From Candidatus Latescibacterota bacterium (GTDB lineage Bacteria; Latescibacterota; UBA2968; GCA-2709665): a stretch of DNA of 64,000 nt. The notes beneath the pieces are model-generated. The model had not been told where the DNA came from. It did no database searches and saw only the letters and a program-made list of their open reading frames with translations. Made by a program: the position numbers and the translations under genes. Of this stretch, positions 40,801 to 48,514 are shown piece by piece (position 1 is the stretch's first letter; each line of letters starts with the position of its first letter). Where the stretch lies: positions 768,001 through 832,000 of the forward strand of contig CBDCOX010000002.1 of assembly GCA_965219995.1 (NCBI GenBank), written 5' to 3'.

Positions 40801-41067
40801 TCCGGACCTGCGGATGGTGTGGGCTACCCGGTGCATGACCTGCCGAACGGAGGTTTCATGTCCCGTCTCGGGCACTCCTCGCTTTCTGAAATATTTCGAC
40901 ACGACGATATCCGTTGCCAGCTGGGACCAGCCGGCCGGGACTTCGGCATCGTCCATGCGAAAAACTTCAGATCCGTCGGGATTGGTAATGACGGATGTTT
41001 TCTTAATGTATTCGACCTGGTCCAGCGGATTCCGGCCGGGCGTGGTCTGCCTGCGTTCAAGCTTCAT
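37816..41067 (-). CDS. nrdJ: class II (adenosylcobalamin-dependent) ribonucleotide reductase
   Basis: FNSPVWFN, PQCSAC, GGTTRRAA, SNPCSEF, APTGTIG, TSCPD-like domain, C-terminal CxxC..CxxC; RBS GGAGG before ATG 41067. Confidence 0.96.
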   Translation of the reverse strand: MKLERRQTTPGRNPLDQVEYIKKTSVITNPDGSEVFRMDDAEVPAGWSQLATDIVVSKYFRKRGVPETGHETSVRQVMHRVAHTIRRSGEKQGGYFDSTEDADTFEAELAYHLVHQMGAFNSPVWFNCGLYHEYGIQGSGGNWHWNGNSVSETKDSYSHPQCSACYIQSVQDDTMDIFELLKSEVRLFKYGSGTGTNFSKIRGKMEKLSGGGVSSGLMSFLEVLDKGAGAIKSGGTTRRAAKMVCLDMDHPEILDFINWKVKEEKKVAALMAAGYSSDFNGEAYQTVSGQNSNNSVRVTDAFMQACKDDGEWHTRLRTTGEVYETHKARDLMRQIGEAAWACADPGMQYDSTINRWHTCANTDRIYGSNPCSEFMFLDDTACNLASINLMKFLDEDGTFDIDGFRYACKIFFIAQEILVDFASYPTRMIARNSHDYRPLGLGYANLGTLLMVQGLPYDSDGARAICAAITAIMCGQAYATSARMAADKGPFPGFEKNRGPMLNVMNMHRDAAFNIDAHACPDDLLRAAREDWDLAVELGEKYGYRNAQATVIAPTGTIGLLMDCDTTGIEPDFALVKFKKLAGGGYFKIVNHAVPRALEHLGYSEAEIADILAYLCGRLTLIDAPHVNAESLMAKGFGPVDLKKAEGALPGVLELEFAFTPWILGEALMQRLGYAPEQYNAPGFNLLAELGFTEMQVNEASEYVCGRMTIEGAPHLKDEHLAVFDCANKCGRHGKRFIAPMAHLGMMSAAQKFICGAISKTVNVPGETTTGEIEDLYVKGWNLGLKAVAIYRDGSKLSQPLSTATKSDVNEEAAEAVASRDESLAGASGKSKPEPVPLATRPTRRRLPKKRSGFTQEARVANQKVFLRTGEYEDGTLGEIFIDMSKEGAPFRAMLDCFAIAISKGLQHGVPLEEFVDRLTFTRFEPWGSVDHPNIKFATSVIDYIFRVLGYEYLGRTDFLQVKPEDIAPDINDHQDLETEMISLSSRSSVSPGVPADTQGASPPADPAPKANPAANGAGSQQTASNGSSSHTEAHAHPQTMVLDDQLSRMMGDAPFCDTCGHITVRNGSCYRCLNCGNSVGCS

Positions 41068-41387
41068 AGGAGTACTTCCTCCGGATTTCTGGAATTGACT
41101 CAAATCGCAAAACGATTGGGAACCTGACTGATCGAACAACGGCTCGTTACAGGCCGCGTTTTTCCTTCGCGGCCGACACCGGGTGTTCCGTCTCGGATTC
41201 AGGTCGCCGGCACTCGGCCGACGAATCGCCCGTCTCATTGCGATAACACGACGAGACGGAATAAGCCGAATGGCGACTCAAGCGAGGGACGGGACACGAG
41301 AAGTTGTTGGCGAAATCATACGTTGAAGACGCATCTGAAGGGGAATGGCGCGTCCGTGTTACGTGGGGCAAGGGGAGGTAATCGGGT

Positions 41388-41852
41388 TCAGTCTCCTGCT
41401 TGAGGGGAAGCGAGTTGCCGGAGTTCCTTTTCGAAGTCGCTCAGGTCCTTGAACTGTCTGTAGACCGATGCAAAACGGACATAGGCGACCTGGTCCAGGT
41501 CCTTGAGTTCGTTGATGACCAGTTCGCCGATATCGTTGGCCTCCACCTCCCGCTCGCCGGTGCCGCTCAGCCCGGCTTCGATCCGGTCTGCGATCTCTTC
41601 GAGCCGATCCGTAGAGATGGGCCGTTTGTTGCAGGCGAGATGCAACTTGGAAAAGAGCTTGTTCTTGTCGAAGGGTTCACGTCGACCGTCCGATTTGACA
41701 ACCATAAGCGGCGTGTCTTCGATGGATTCGTAGGTTGTAAACCGTCGACCGCAGCCCAGACACTCCCGGCGTCTGCGTATGGCCGTTGCCTCCTTGCTGG
41801 ACCTGGAGTCAACGACCTTGTCCTCCACTGTTGCACAGTAGGGACACCTCAT
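41388..41852 (-). CDS. nrdR: transcriptional repressor NrdR
   Basis: MRCPYC...RRRREC..C.RRFTTYE zinc ribbon, ATP-cone, DQVAYVRFASVY. Confidence 0.97.
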   Translation of the reverse strand: MRCPYCATVEDKVVDSRSSKEATAIRRRRECLGCGRRFTTYESIEDTPLMVVKSDGRREPFDKNKLFSKLHLACNKRPISTDRLEEIADRIEAGLSGTGEREVEANDIGELVINELKDLDQVAYVRFASVYRQFKDLSDFEKELRQLASPQAGD

Positions 41853-41888
41853 GCGAATTCTCCCGAAACTTCACGGAGAGCGGGGATA

Positions 41889-41969
41889 GGGACAGATATA
41901 GGGTCCTCGGGTTAAAGGACCCTATATTGTGGGGTAATGCTATTATAATACAAAATATTGAGTTGTCAA
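41889..41969 (-). promoter_or_regulatory. nrdR-nrdJ promoter with tandem NrdR boxes
   Basis: Minus strand TTGACA (41969-64), 16 bp, TATAAT (41947-42). The spacer ATACAAAATATTGAGT matches the NrdR consensus acaCwAtATaTwGtgt at 13/16; weaker boxes at 41919-34 and 41889-904. Confidence 0.75.
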
Positions 41970-42092
41970 GGAGAAATTTCAATATTCCAATTCAACGATT
42001 TCAGGCTGGAATCCGGCGCACGCGCAGCGATGCGCGGGACCCTTCCCCGCCAAATGCATAGCAGCCCGTTCAGGCCCTGTTGCGCGTCTGTC

Positions 42093-44495
42093 TCAAGGAG
42101 ATGGCACGGCCAGGCTCCGGTCTTTAAACGCCAACCTCTTACCTGAAACGACCGCGTGTGAGAGGTAGCTGCCGTCGGAACGGGTCCTTACGATCGCGCA
42201 AATCGCATCCGTGCCAAGTTCGTCCGCACCGAACGTGCGGTACGAACCGTCTGAAATAACAATGTGGTCCACGATGCCGGCGTGTTCCACGAGCAGGTAG
42301 GCGGTGCCGTCCGGCCCGTCATTTTCACCGCGACGGACATTCACCCTGGGCAACGGCATGCTATCGAAGGGATAGAGAACCACGGCAAGGTCGTCCACCC
42401 GGCCGCTGCCGGAGGTCGTCTGGTCCAGCGATGCCCACCGGATGGGCTGCCGGGCGGGCCGAAGGTCCGTGATCCCGCCGAGATGCGCCATGCCGGTGCC
42501 CTGGCGCACGGCCGGGCCGTCGGGCGTAACCACAAGCAGGCCGGGCGCCGCGGCGGAGAACACGGCGCTACCGCCTCGCTGCAGCGGGGTGGGGGAGTGC
42601 AGCATGAACGAGGCCGTCCGGGACTTGCCGTCGGACGAGAACGCGTCGAATACCAGGAAGTAGGGATTCACCTCCTGTTCGGGACCCGTTGGTTTCAGGA
42701 ACAGAAAGTGCCGGCGATGCGCGACCCCCAGGGAGCGGTAGCCCTGGTGTTCGGCGGCAAAGTAGTCCATGCCCTCCCGGCTGCTCCACACCGGCTGCTC
42801 TCCCACAGCGGCCCGACGATCCAGGTTCCTGCCGTCGATCACCAGCATGTTATGTGCTTTGGAGGTAATATACCAGGGCCGGTGGAGCGGGTCGTCATAG
42901 CTGACGCCGAGGCCGGCGTCGACAGCCAGCGCCTTGCCGTAGGCGAACAGCTCGAAGCTGAGGATGTCATAGTGATAGTGCCCGCCTGCCCAGGGACCGT
43001 AATTGATGACCATATACGGACTGTTCCGCGTCCAATCCATGCGCATCACGGCGAAGCCCGACGGCCGGAAATCCATCGACGTTTCGGCAGGCGGCGCGAC
43101 GTCGTCGTCTATGTCGGCGCCCAGCAGGTTTCGGGCCACCCAGAGCATGTCGGGCCGATTGAAAACACGTCCGCCATCGACAAAGACATTGCGGTCGAAG
43201 CGTGCCCGACCACCGTCGTTCACAGCGGGCTGGGTGCCCAATGGGCTGATCAGGTACATCCAGTGGTTCAGGGTGCGTTCGAGGGGCGGACGCAGGGCCG
43301 AAGCGCGTTCGTCGTAGCCTCCGAACTCTTCCAGGAGGTGGGCGAGATTCCTCGGGTCGCGATAGGCGACATTGGAATAACTGGAAGGGCATCGTTCGGA
43401 GTGGCATCCGTCCTCGTAGAAATCTCTCTCGAGATGCTGCTCCATGCGAAAGACGCCAAGGGAGACCCAGCGGTCGGCGTCCCTGAACTCGGGGAAGTTG
43501 AGGCCCAACTCGGCCAGGGCGTAGGTCCCCATCACCTGCCAGTTGCCCGATCGGTATCCCTGCTTTTGCAATTCGTACAGCCAGCGCGACGAACCCAGGA
43601 AGTTTTTCAGGATCCGTTCATGAGTCGTTGGTGAGAGCCTGCCGCGATTCAGGCGGTAGAACTCCAGGAATACGCGGTTTCGACGGGCGCCGAGACCGAG
43701 TTCGTACCAGATCGGATCCTTGTCCTCGTATGCCCCCACGACGTCGTCACGCTGCTCGTACCACTGATTGAAGAGTTCGTCGAAGGCATCCAGATACTTT
43801 GTTTCACGCGTGCCCAGATACGCCCACAGCAGGGGCTGGGACCATTCCCAGTAGTGAAAACCGTATTTTCCGCCCCTGCCGTAGTCCGCGTTGAAATCCA
43901 CGACAGGACCGTGCTGGATGTTAACGCCGCCCCATCCCGTGATATTATGGGCGGCCAACCGGTCCGCCGCGGCGGTATACGATTTCGTGCTGAAGTACCG
44001 GAATGCTTCTTCGATGGTGTAGTAGGGTATTCCCGTATTGACATATGCATACCCGGGACGAGCGTCCCAGTAAGTACCCCACGCTTTGTAGGCGGCAGCG
44101 AAGTCCCCCTGTTCAACCGCGTGTTTCACATCCTCGAGTCCGACCCGGCTCAGGTCCATCGCGGCGAAGAGATCGGGGTCGCTGATGTGCTTGATCTGCT
44201 GATCAAGATAGACGGGATCTTCGCGGAGATCGGCTCTGGCCGCACCAAAGGCCTCTGCAAAAAGAATGAAGTCACGGAAGCCGACCTGCCCGTCGAGGTT
44301 CAAATCGAAACGGTCGTCGAAGGTGCCGTCGGACCGTGACGTACCATAGTGCCGGGCAAAGGCGACGAAGTCTGCGAAGTCCACAAGACCGTCGCCGTTG
44401 AAGTCTCCGGACAAACCGGACCAGGCGGCAGCGTGCATCAGCAGGGCAGCCGCGAGCGAGGTCAGGCGGTTCCAACGTACGACTCTGCTGGCCAT
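42093..44495 (-). CDS. secreted heparinase II/III-like polysaccharide lyase with N-terminal dockerin/EF-hand module (paralog 1)
   Basis: Signal peptide; GDFNGDGLVDFADF...DLNLDGQVGFRDF; GNWQ, DGCHSE...Y, SGFAVMR, GHYHYDILSFEL, AHNML. Confidence 0.85.
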   Translation of the reverse strand: MASRVVRWNRLTSLAAALLMHAAAWSGLSGDFNGDGLVDFADFVAFARHYGTSRSDGTFDDRFDLNLDGQVGFRDFILFAEAFGAARADLREDPVYLDQQIKHISDPDLFAAMDLSRVGLEDVKHAVEQGDFAAAYKAWGTYWDARPGYAYVNTGIPYYTIEEAFRYFSTKSYTAAADRLAAHNITGWGGVNIQHGPVVDFNADYGRGGKYGFHYWEWSQPLLWAYLGTRETKYLDAFDELFNQWYEQRDDVVGAYEDKDPIWYELGLGARRNRVFLEFYRLNRGRLSPTTHERILKNFLGSSRWLYELQKQGYRSGNWQVMGTYALAELGLNFPEFRDADRWVSLGVFRMEQHLERDFYEDGCHSERCPSSYSNVAYRDPRNLAHLLEEFGGYDERASALRPPLERTLNHWMYLISPLGTQPAVNDGGRARFDRNVFVDGGRVFNRPDMLWVARNLLGADIDDDVAPPAETSMDFRPSGFAVMRMDWTRNSPYMVINYGPWAGGHYHYDILSFELFAYGKALAVDAGLGVSYDDPLHRPWYITSKAHNMLVIDGRNLDRRAAVGEQPVWSSREGMDYFAAEHQGYRSLGVAHRRHFLFLKPTGPEQEVNPYFLVFDAFSSDGKSRTASFMLHSPTPLQRGGSAVFSAAAPGLLVVTPDGPAVRQGTGMAHLGGITDLRPARQPIRWASLDQTTSGSGRVDDLAVVLYPFDSMPLPRVNVRRGENDGPDGTAYLLVEHAGIVDHIVISDGSYRTFGADELGTDAICAIVRTRSDGSYLSHAVVSGKRLAFKDRSLAVPSP

Positions 44496-44648
44496 TCAGA
44501 TTTCCGCTGTTTGCGGCCTCTTTGTGCGTACGACCTGGCAAACGGATGGATTGGATGACTCGCCTCCGCGGCGCTCCCTGACCCGACGCCGGACCGATCA
44601 ACCGTCGTCCGCTCAATTCCCGTACGGCGAAAACGGACGGATTTCGGC

Positions 44649-47060
44649 TCAGGGGGACGACACGTCGAGACGTACATCCCTGAACGTCAGCCTCGTGCCG
44701 GAAACGGCCGCGTGTGAGAGGTAAGCGCCGTCCGAGCCGGTCCTGACGACAGCGCAAATCGCATCCGTTTCAAGGTCGTCCGCGCCAAACGTGCGATAGG
44801 AGCCGTCGGAAATGATGATGTGATCCACGATGCCGCCGTGCTCCACGAGCAGGTACGCCGTGCCCGTCGGCCCTCCGTTCTCCCCGCGGCGGACCCCCAC
44901 TTTGGGCAGCGGCATCTGCCGGAAGGGATAGAGGACCACCGCGAGGTCGTCCACATGGCCGTCGCCGGAGGTCATCACGTCGAGTGCGGCCCACCTGATT
45001 GGCCGCCGGGCGGGGCGCTGGTTCGGAATGCCGCCGAGATGCGCCATTCCGGTGCCAAGTCGAATGGCAGGCGCATCGGGCGTAGCCACGTACAGGCCGG
45101 GCGCTCCGTTGGAGTATACGGCGGTTCCGCCTCGCTGCAGCGGGGTGGGGGAGTGCAGCAGGAAGGACGCCTTTCGGCGTTGGGCGTCTGAGGAGAACGC
45201 ATCGAATACCACGAAGTACGGATTCGCCTCCTGCGCGGGCTCCACGGGTTTCACAAACAGGAAATGCCGTCGATGGCGGACACCCAGTGATCGGTAACCC
45301 TGGTGTTCAGCGGCAAAGTAGTCGATGCCTTCCCGGTGGCTCCAAACGGGTTTCTCGCCGACGGCAATCCTGCGATCCAGGTTCGCGTCGTCAATCACGA
45401 GCATATTGTGCGCCATGGACGTCTTGTACCAGGGGCCGTGGAGCGGGTCATCGTAGCTGACACCGATCCCGGCGTCGACGGCCAGCGCGCTGCCGTACGC
45501 GAAGAGTTCGAAACTGAGTACGTCCGGATGGGAATGCCCGCCGCCGTACTCCCCGTAGTTGATGACCAGATAAGGACTCGCCCGCGTCCAATCCATTCGC
45601 ATCACGGCGAAGCCCGACGGCCTGAAATCAATCGACGTTTCGGAAGGCATCTCTACGGGGTCGTCGATGTCGGCGCCGAGCAGATTTCTGGCCACCCAGA
45701 GCATGTCAGGCCGATCGAAAGCGCGTCCGCCATCAATGAAGATGTTCCGGTCGAACCGGCCCCGGCCGCCGTCGTTGACGGCAGGCTGGGTGCCGAGGGG
45801 GCTGATCAGGTACATCCAGTGGTTCAGCGTGCGTTCCAGCGGCGGGCGAAGGGCGGCCGTCCGGTCTTCATGGCCGCCGAATTGCTCAAGGAGATAGGCC
45901 AGGTTTCGCGGGTCGCGGTAGACGATTGTGGAATAGCTGGACGGGCAACGCTCGGAATGGCAACCGTCTTCATAGAAGTCTTTCTGAAGGTGCTCTTCGA
46001 TCCGGTACACGCCCTGTGAGGTCCACCGTTGCGACTCCCTGAACTCCGGCATGTTGAGGCCCAGCTCCGCCAGGGCATAGGAGCCCATCACCTGCCAGTT
46101 GCCCGAACGGTACCCCTGCTTCTCCAGTTCGTACAGCCAGCGCGCCGACCCGAGGAAGTTCTTCAGAATCCGCTCGTGAGTCCGTACCGAAAGCCGTCCT
46201 CGGTTCAGGCGGTAGAATTCCAGGAATACGCGGTTCCGGCGCGAACCGAGGCCGAGTTCATACCAGATCGGGTCCAGGTGCGCGTAGGCGCCTTCAACGT
46301 CGTCACGCTGTTCGTACCACTGATTGAAGAGTTTGTCGAAAGCATCCAGATATTTCGTGTCCCGCGTGCCCATATACGCCCACAGAAGCGGCCCCGACCA
46401 ACCCCAATAGTGAAACCCGTATTTGCCGCTTCTGCCGTAATCCGCGTTGAAATCCACGACAGGACCGTGCTGGATCGTGACGCCGCCCCATCCGGTGATG
46501 TTGTGTGCGACGACGCGGTCCGCCGCCGCCGTATAGTTCCTCGTGCTGAAGTACTGGAATGCCTCATCGATGGTGTAATAGGGGACGCCGATGTTGATAT
46601 AGGCGAATCCGGGCCGGGTGTCCCAGTAGGTTCCCCACGCTATGTAGGCGGCGGCGTAGTCTCCCCGGTCGACGGCGCGTTTCACATCCTCGAGCCCGAC
46701 GCGGTTCAGATCCATCGCGGCGAAGAGATCCGGATCGCTGATATGCTTGATCTGTTGATCAAGGTAGACGGGATCTTCGCGGAGATCCGCTCTGGCGGCG
46801 CCGAAGGCCTCTGCAAAGAGAATGAAGTCACTGAAGCCGACCCGCCCGTCGAGGTTCAGATCGAAACGGTCGTCGAAGGTGTCGTCGGACCGGGACGTAC
46901 CAAAGTTCCTGGCAAAGGAGACGAAGTCCGCGAAGCCCACGAGACCGTCGCCGTCGAAGTCTCCGGACAGACCGGGCCAGGCGGTTGAGAACGTCAGTGC
47001 GACGACAAGAAACGGTACAAATCGATTCAGCCGCAGGCGTCGAGACGTCATCCTTGTCAT
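44649..47060 (-). CDS. secreted heparinase II/III-like polysaccharide lyase with N-terminal dockerin/EF-hand module (paralog 2)
   Basis: Same architecture as 42093..44495; GHSHPDVLSFEL; long segments identical to paralog 1. Confidence 0.85.
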   Translation of the reverse strand: MTRMTSRRLRLNRFVPFLVVALTFSTAWPGLSGDFDGDGLVGFADFVSFARNFGTSRSDDTFDDRFDLNLDGRVGFSDFILFAEAFGAARADLREDPVYLDQQIKHISDPDLFAAMDLNRVGLEDVKRAVDRGDYAAAYIAWGTYWDTRPGFAYINIGVPYYTIDEAFQYFSTRNYTAAADRVVAHNITGWGGVTIQHGPVVDFNADYGRSGKYGFHYWGWSGPLLWAYMGTRDTKYLDAFDKLFNQWYEQRDDVEGAYAHLDPIWYELGLGSRRNRVFLEFYRLNRGRLSVRTHERILKNFLGSARWLYELEKQGYRSGNWQVMGSYALAELGLNMPEFRESQRWTSQGVYRIEEHLQKDFYEDGCHSERCPSSYSTIVYRDPRNLAYLLEQFGGHEDRTAALRPPLERTLNHWMYLISPLGTQPAVNDGGRGRFDRNIFIDGGRAFDRPDMLWVARNLLGADIDDPVEMPSETSIDFRPSGFAVMRMDWTRASPYLVINYGEYGGGHSHPDVLSFELFAYGSALAVDAGIGVSYDDPLHGPWYKTSMAHNMLVIDDANLDRRIAVGEKPVWSHREGIDYFAAEHQGYRSLGVRHRRHFLFVKPVEPAQEANPYFVVFDAFSSDAQRRKASFLLHSPTPLQRGGTAVYSNGAPGLYVATPDAPAIRLGTGMAHLGGIPNQRPARRPIRWAALDVMTSGDGHVDDLAVVLYPFRQMPLPKVGVRRGENGGPTGTAYLLVEHGGIVDHIIISDGSYRTFGADDLETDAICAVVRTGSDGAYLSHAAVSGTRLTFRDVRLDVSSP

Positions 47061-47132
47061 CCTGAGCGGTGGTCAACGGTTTCGATACGGCGGACTTTCC
47101 GCCGCAGGCTGCCGAAACCCATGCGATCCCCG

Positions 47133-48365
47133 TCATGACGGCGGAACCGTCTTCTTTTCGAAGACCGCGTTCCAGTCGGTACGGCCGGTGAACTGCATGG
47201 CCGTGAACAGGGTGGCGATGCACAGAATCGTAATGGCGAGGCCGGTATAGCCGGAGAAGAAAAACGAGTAAGAGAAGAGTACGAGATAGATGAACTGGCC
47301 CGCGGCGATCTCGACGAACGCGAGGCGCGTGCCCACAACGAGGCGCATGTACGACGTCACGAGGACAATCGAAACCGCGGAGGCCAGGAGAAAGGCATAG
47401 TGGATGAGCATGTGGTCGACCAGGTAGGCCAGCAACAGATGGAAACTGAAGAAGGCGGCCCCGATGAAAAAGTAGTGCATCGGGTGCAGGTCGACGCCGC
47501 GCACCGTGGCGAAGACAAAGAGCAGAAAGAAGAACAGAAACAGGGATACGGGTGCCGCGAAGACGACCTGCTGAACCCAGGGTCCGGGGTTGAGGCGGGC
47601 CGGGAAGACCAGGCCCAGATCGACGCCGGTGAGCAGATCTTCGTAGCGCCAGGTCAGGCGCCATCCGTCGGCGTCCCGGGTTTTCGAGACGGGCGATACG
47701 CTGTCATCCGGAAAGTCAATTTCGTCGAAGTCGGTCCGCATCACCAGTTCGAAGTCCGATACCTGGTTGACGCCATCCCCGAAACGGTACCGCCATTGGT
47801 CCTGACCCTGCGAGCGGTAGGATACGTGAACGGGAAGTTCCTGGCCTGGCGCGAGATCGAGGGGCTGGACCAGACGTCCGGAGCGGACGGGCACCCCGGC
47901 GATGCGTCGGCCGTCTACGCTTAAGGCAATATCGTCGTACACGGCGCGGCGCGCGGGCAAGGGCAGATCGAAGTAAATGTCCAGGATACGGTCGGTGGGG
48001 TTGGCCAGCGTGTACGTGGCGGCGAATCGGACCCGATAGGTGGAATACCATAGCAGGCCCTTTCGCCGGTGCTCGAGGGACAGGTCGACTTCAATGCGGC
48101 TGGCGTTGAGGCTCAGAAAGTGCTTCTCGTCCACCGTGCGCGTGACGGACTCGCCCTCGGGCCCGGGTTCGACCCGGGTGACGCGGTCCAGCCAGTAGAT
48201 TTGCGGGGCCTGCTGCGTCTGGGCCGTGCCCCAGAGTTGTCCCACAGAGTCTTTGAGTTTGTTGTCCTGTCGCGACGTGCGAAGGTGAATGGTCTGGCCC
48301 AGAATCAGCCACGCGACCGAAATACACAAATAAATGAAACCGACAGCGGCGATGCGCTGGATCAT
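47133..48365 (-). CDS. CreD-like inner membrane protein
   Basis: N-terminal TM, periplasmic domain (RRKGLLWYSTY), C-terminal multi-TM region with LHPMHY...FHLLLAYL and ending TDW. Confidence 0.75.
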   Translation of the reverse strand: MIQRIAAVGFIYLCISVAWLILGQTIHLRTSRQDNKLKDSVGQLWGTAQTQQAPQIYWLDRVTRVEPGPEGESVTRTVDEKHFLSLNASRIEVDLSLEHRRKGLLWYSTYRVRFAATYTLANPTDRILDIYFDLPLPARRAVYDDIALSVDGRRIAGVPVRSGRLVQPLDLAPGQELPVHVSYRSQGQDQWRYRFGDGVNQVSDFELVMRTDFDEIDFPDDSVSPVSKTRDADGWRLTWRYEDLLTGVDLGLVFPARLNPGPWVQQVVFAAPVSLFLFFFLLFVFATVRGVDLHPMHYFFIGAAFFSFHLLLAYLVDHMLIHYAFLLASAVSIVLVTSYMRLVVGTRLAFVEIAAGQFIYLVLFSYSFFFSGYTGLAITILCIATLFTAMQFTGRTDWNAVFEKKTVPPS

Positions 48366-48514
48366 GAGAACTCCCGCGCTTCGAGACGAGTAGGGGTTTT
48401 AGTTTGAACGCGTCGTCTGAAACGGAGTTCCATCGATAACCGACAGGAGCATTCCGTGCACGTTGCAAGGGATCCGGGAGACCGACCCGAAGCTCACGGA
48501 GCGATGCACGAAGT

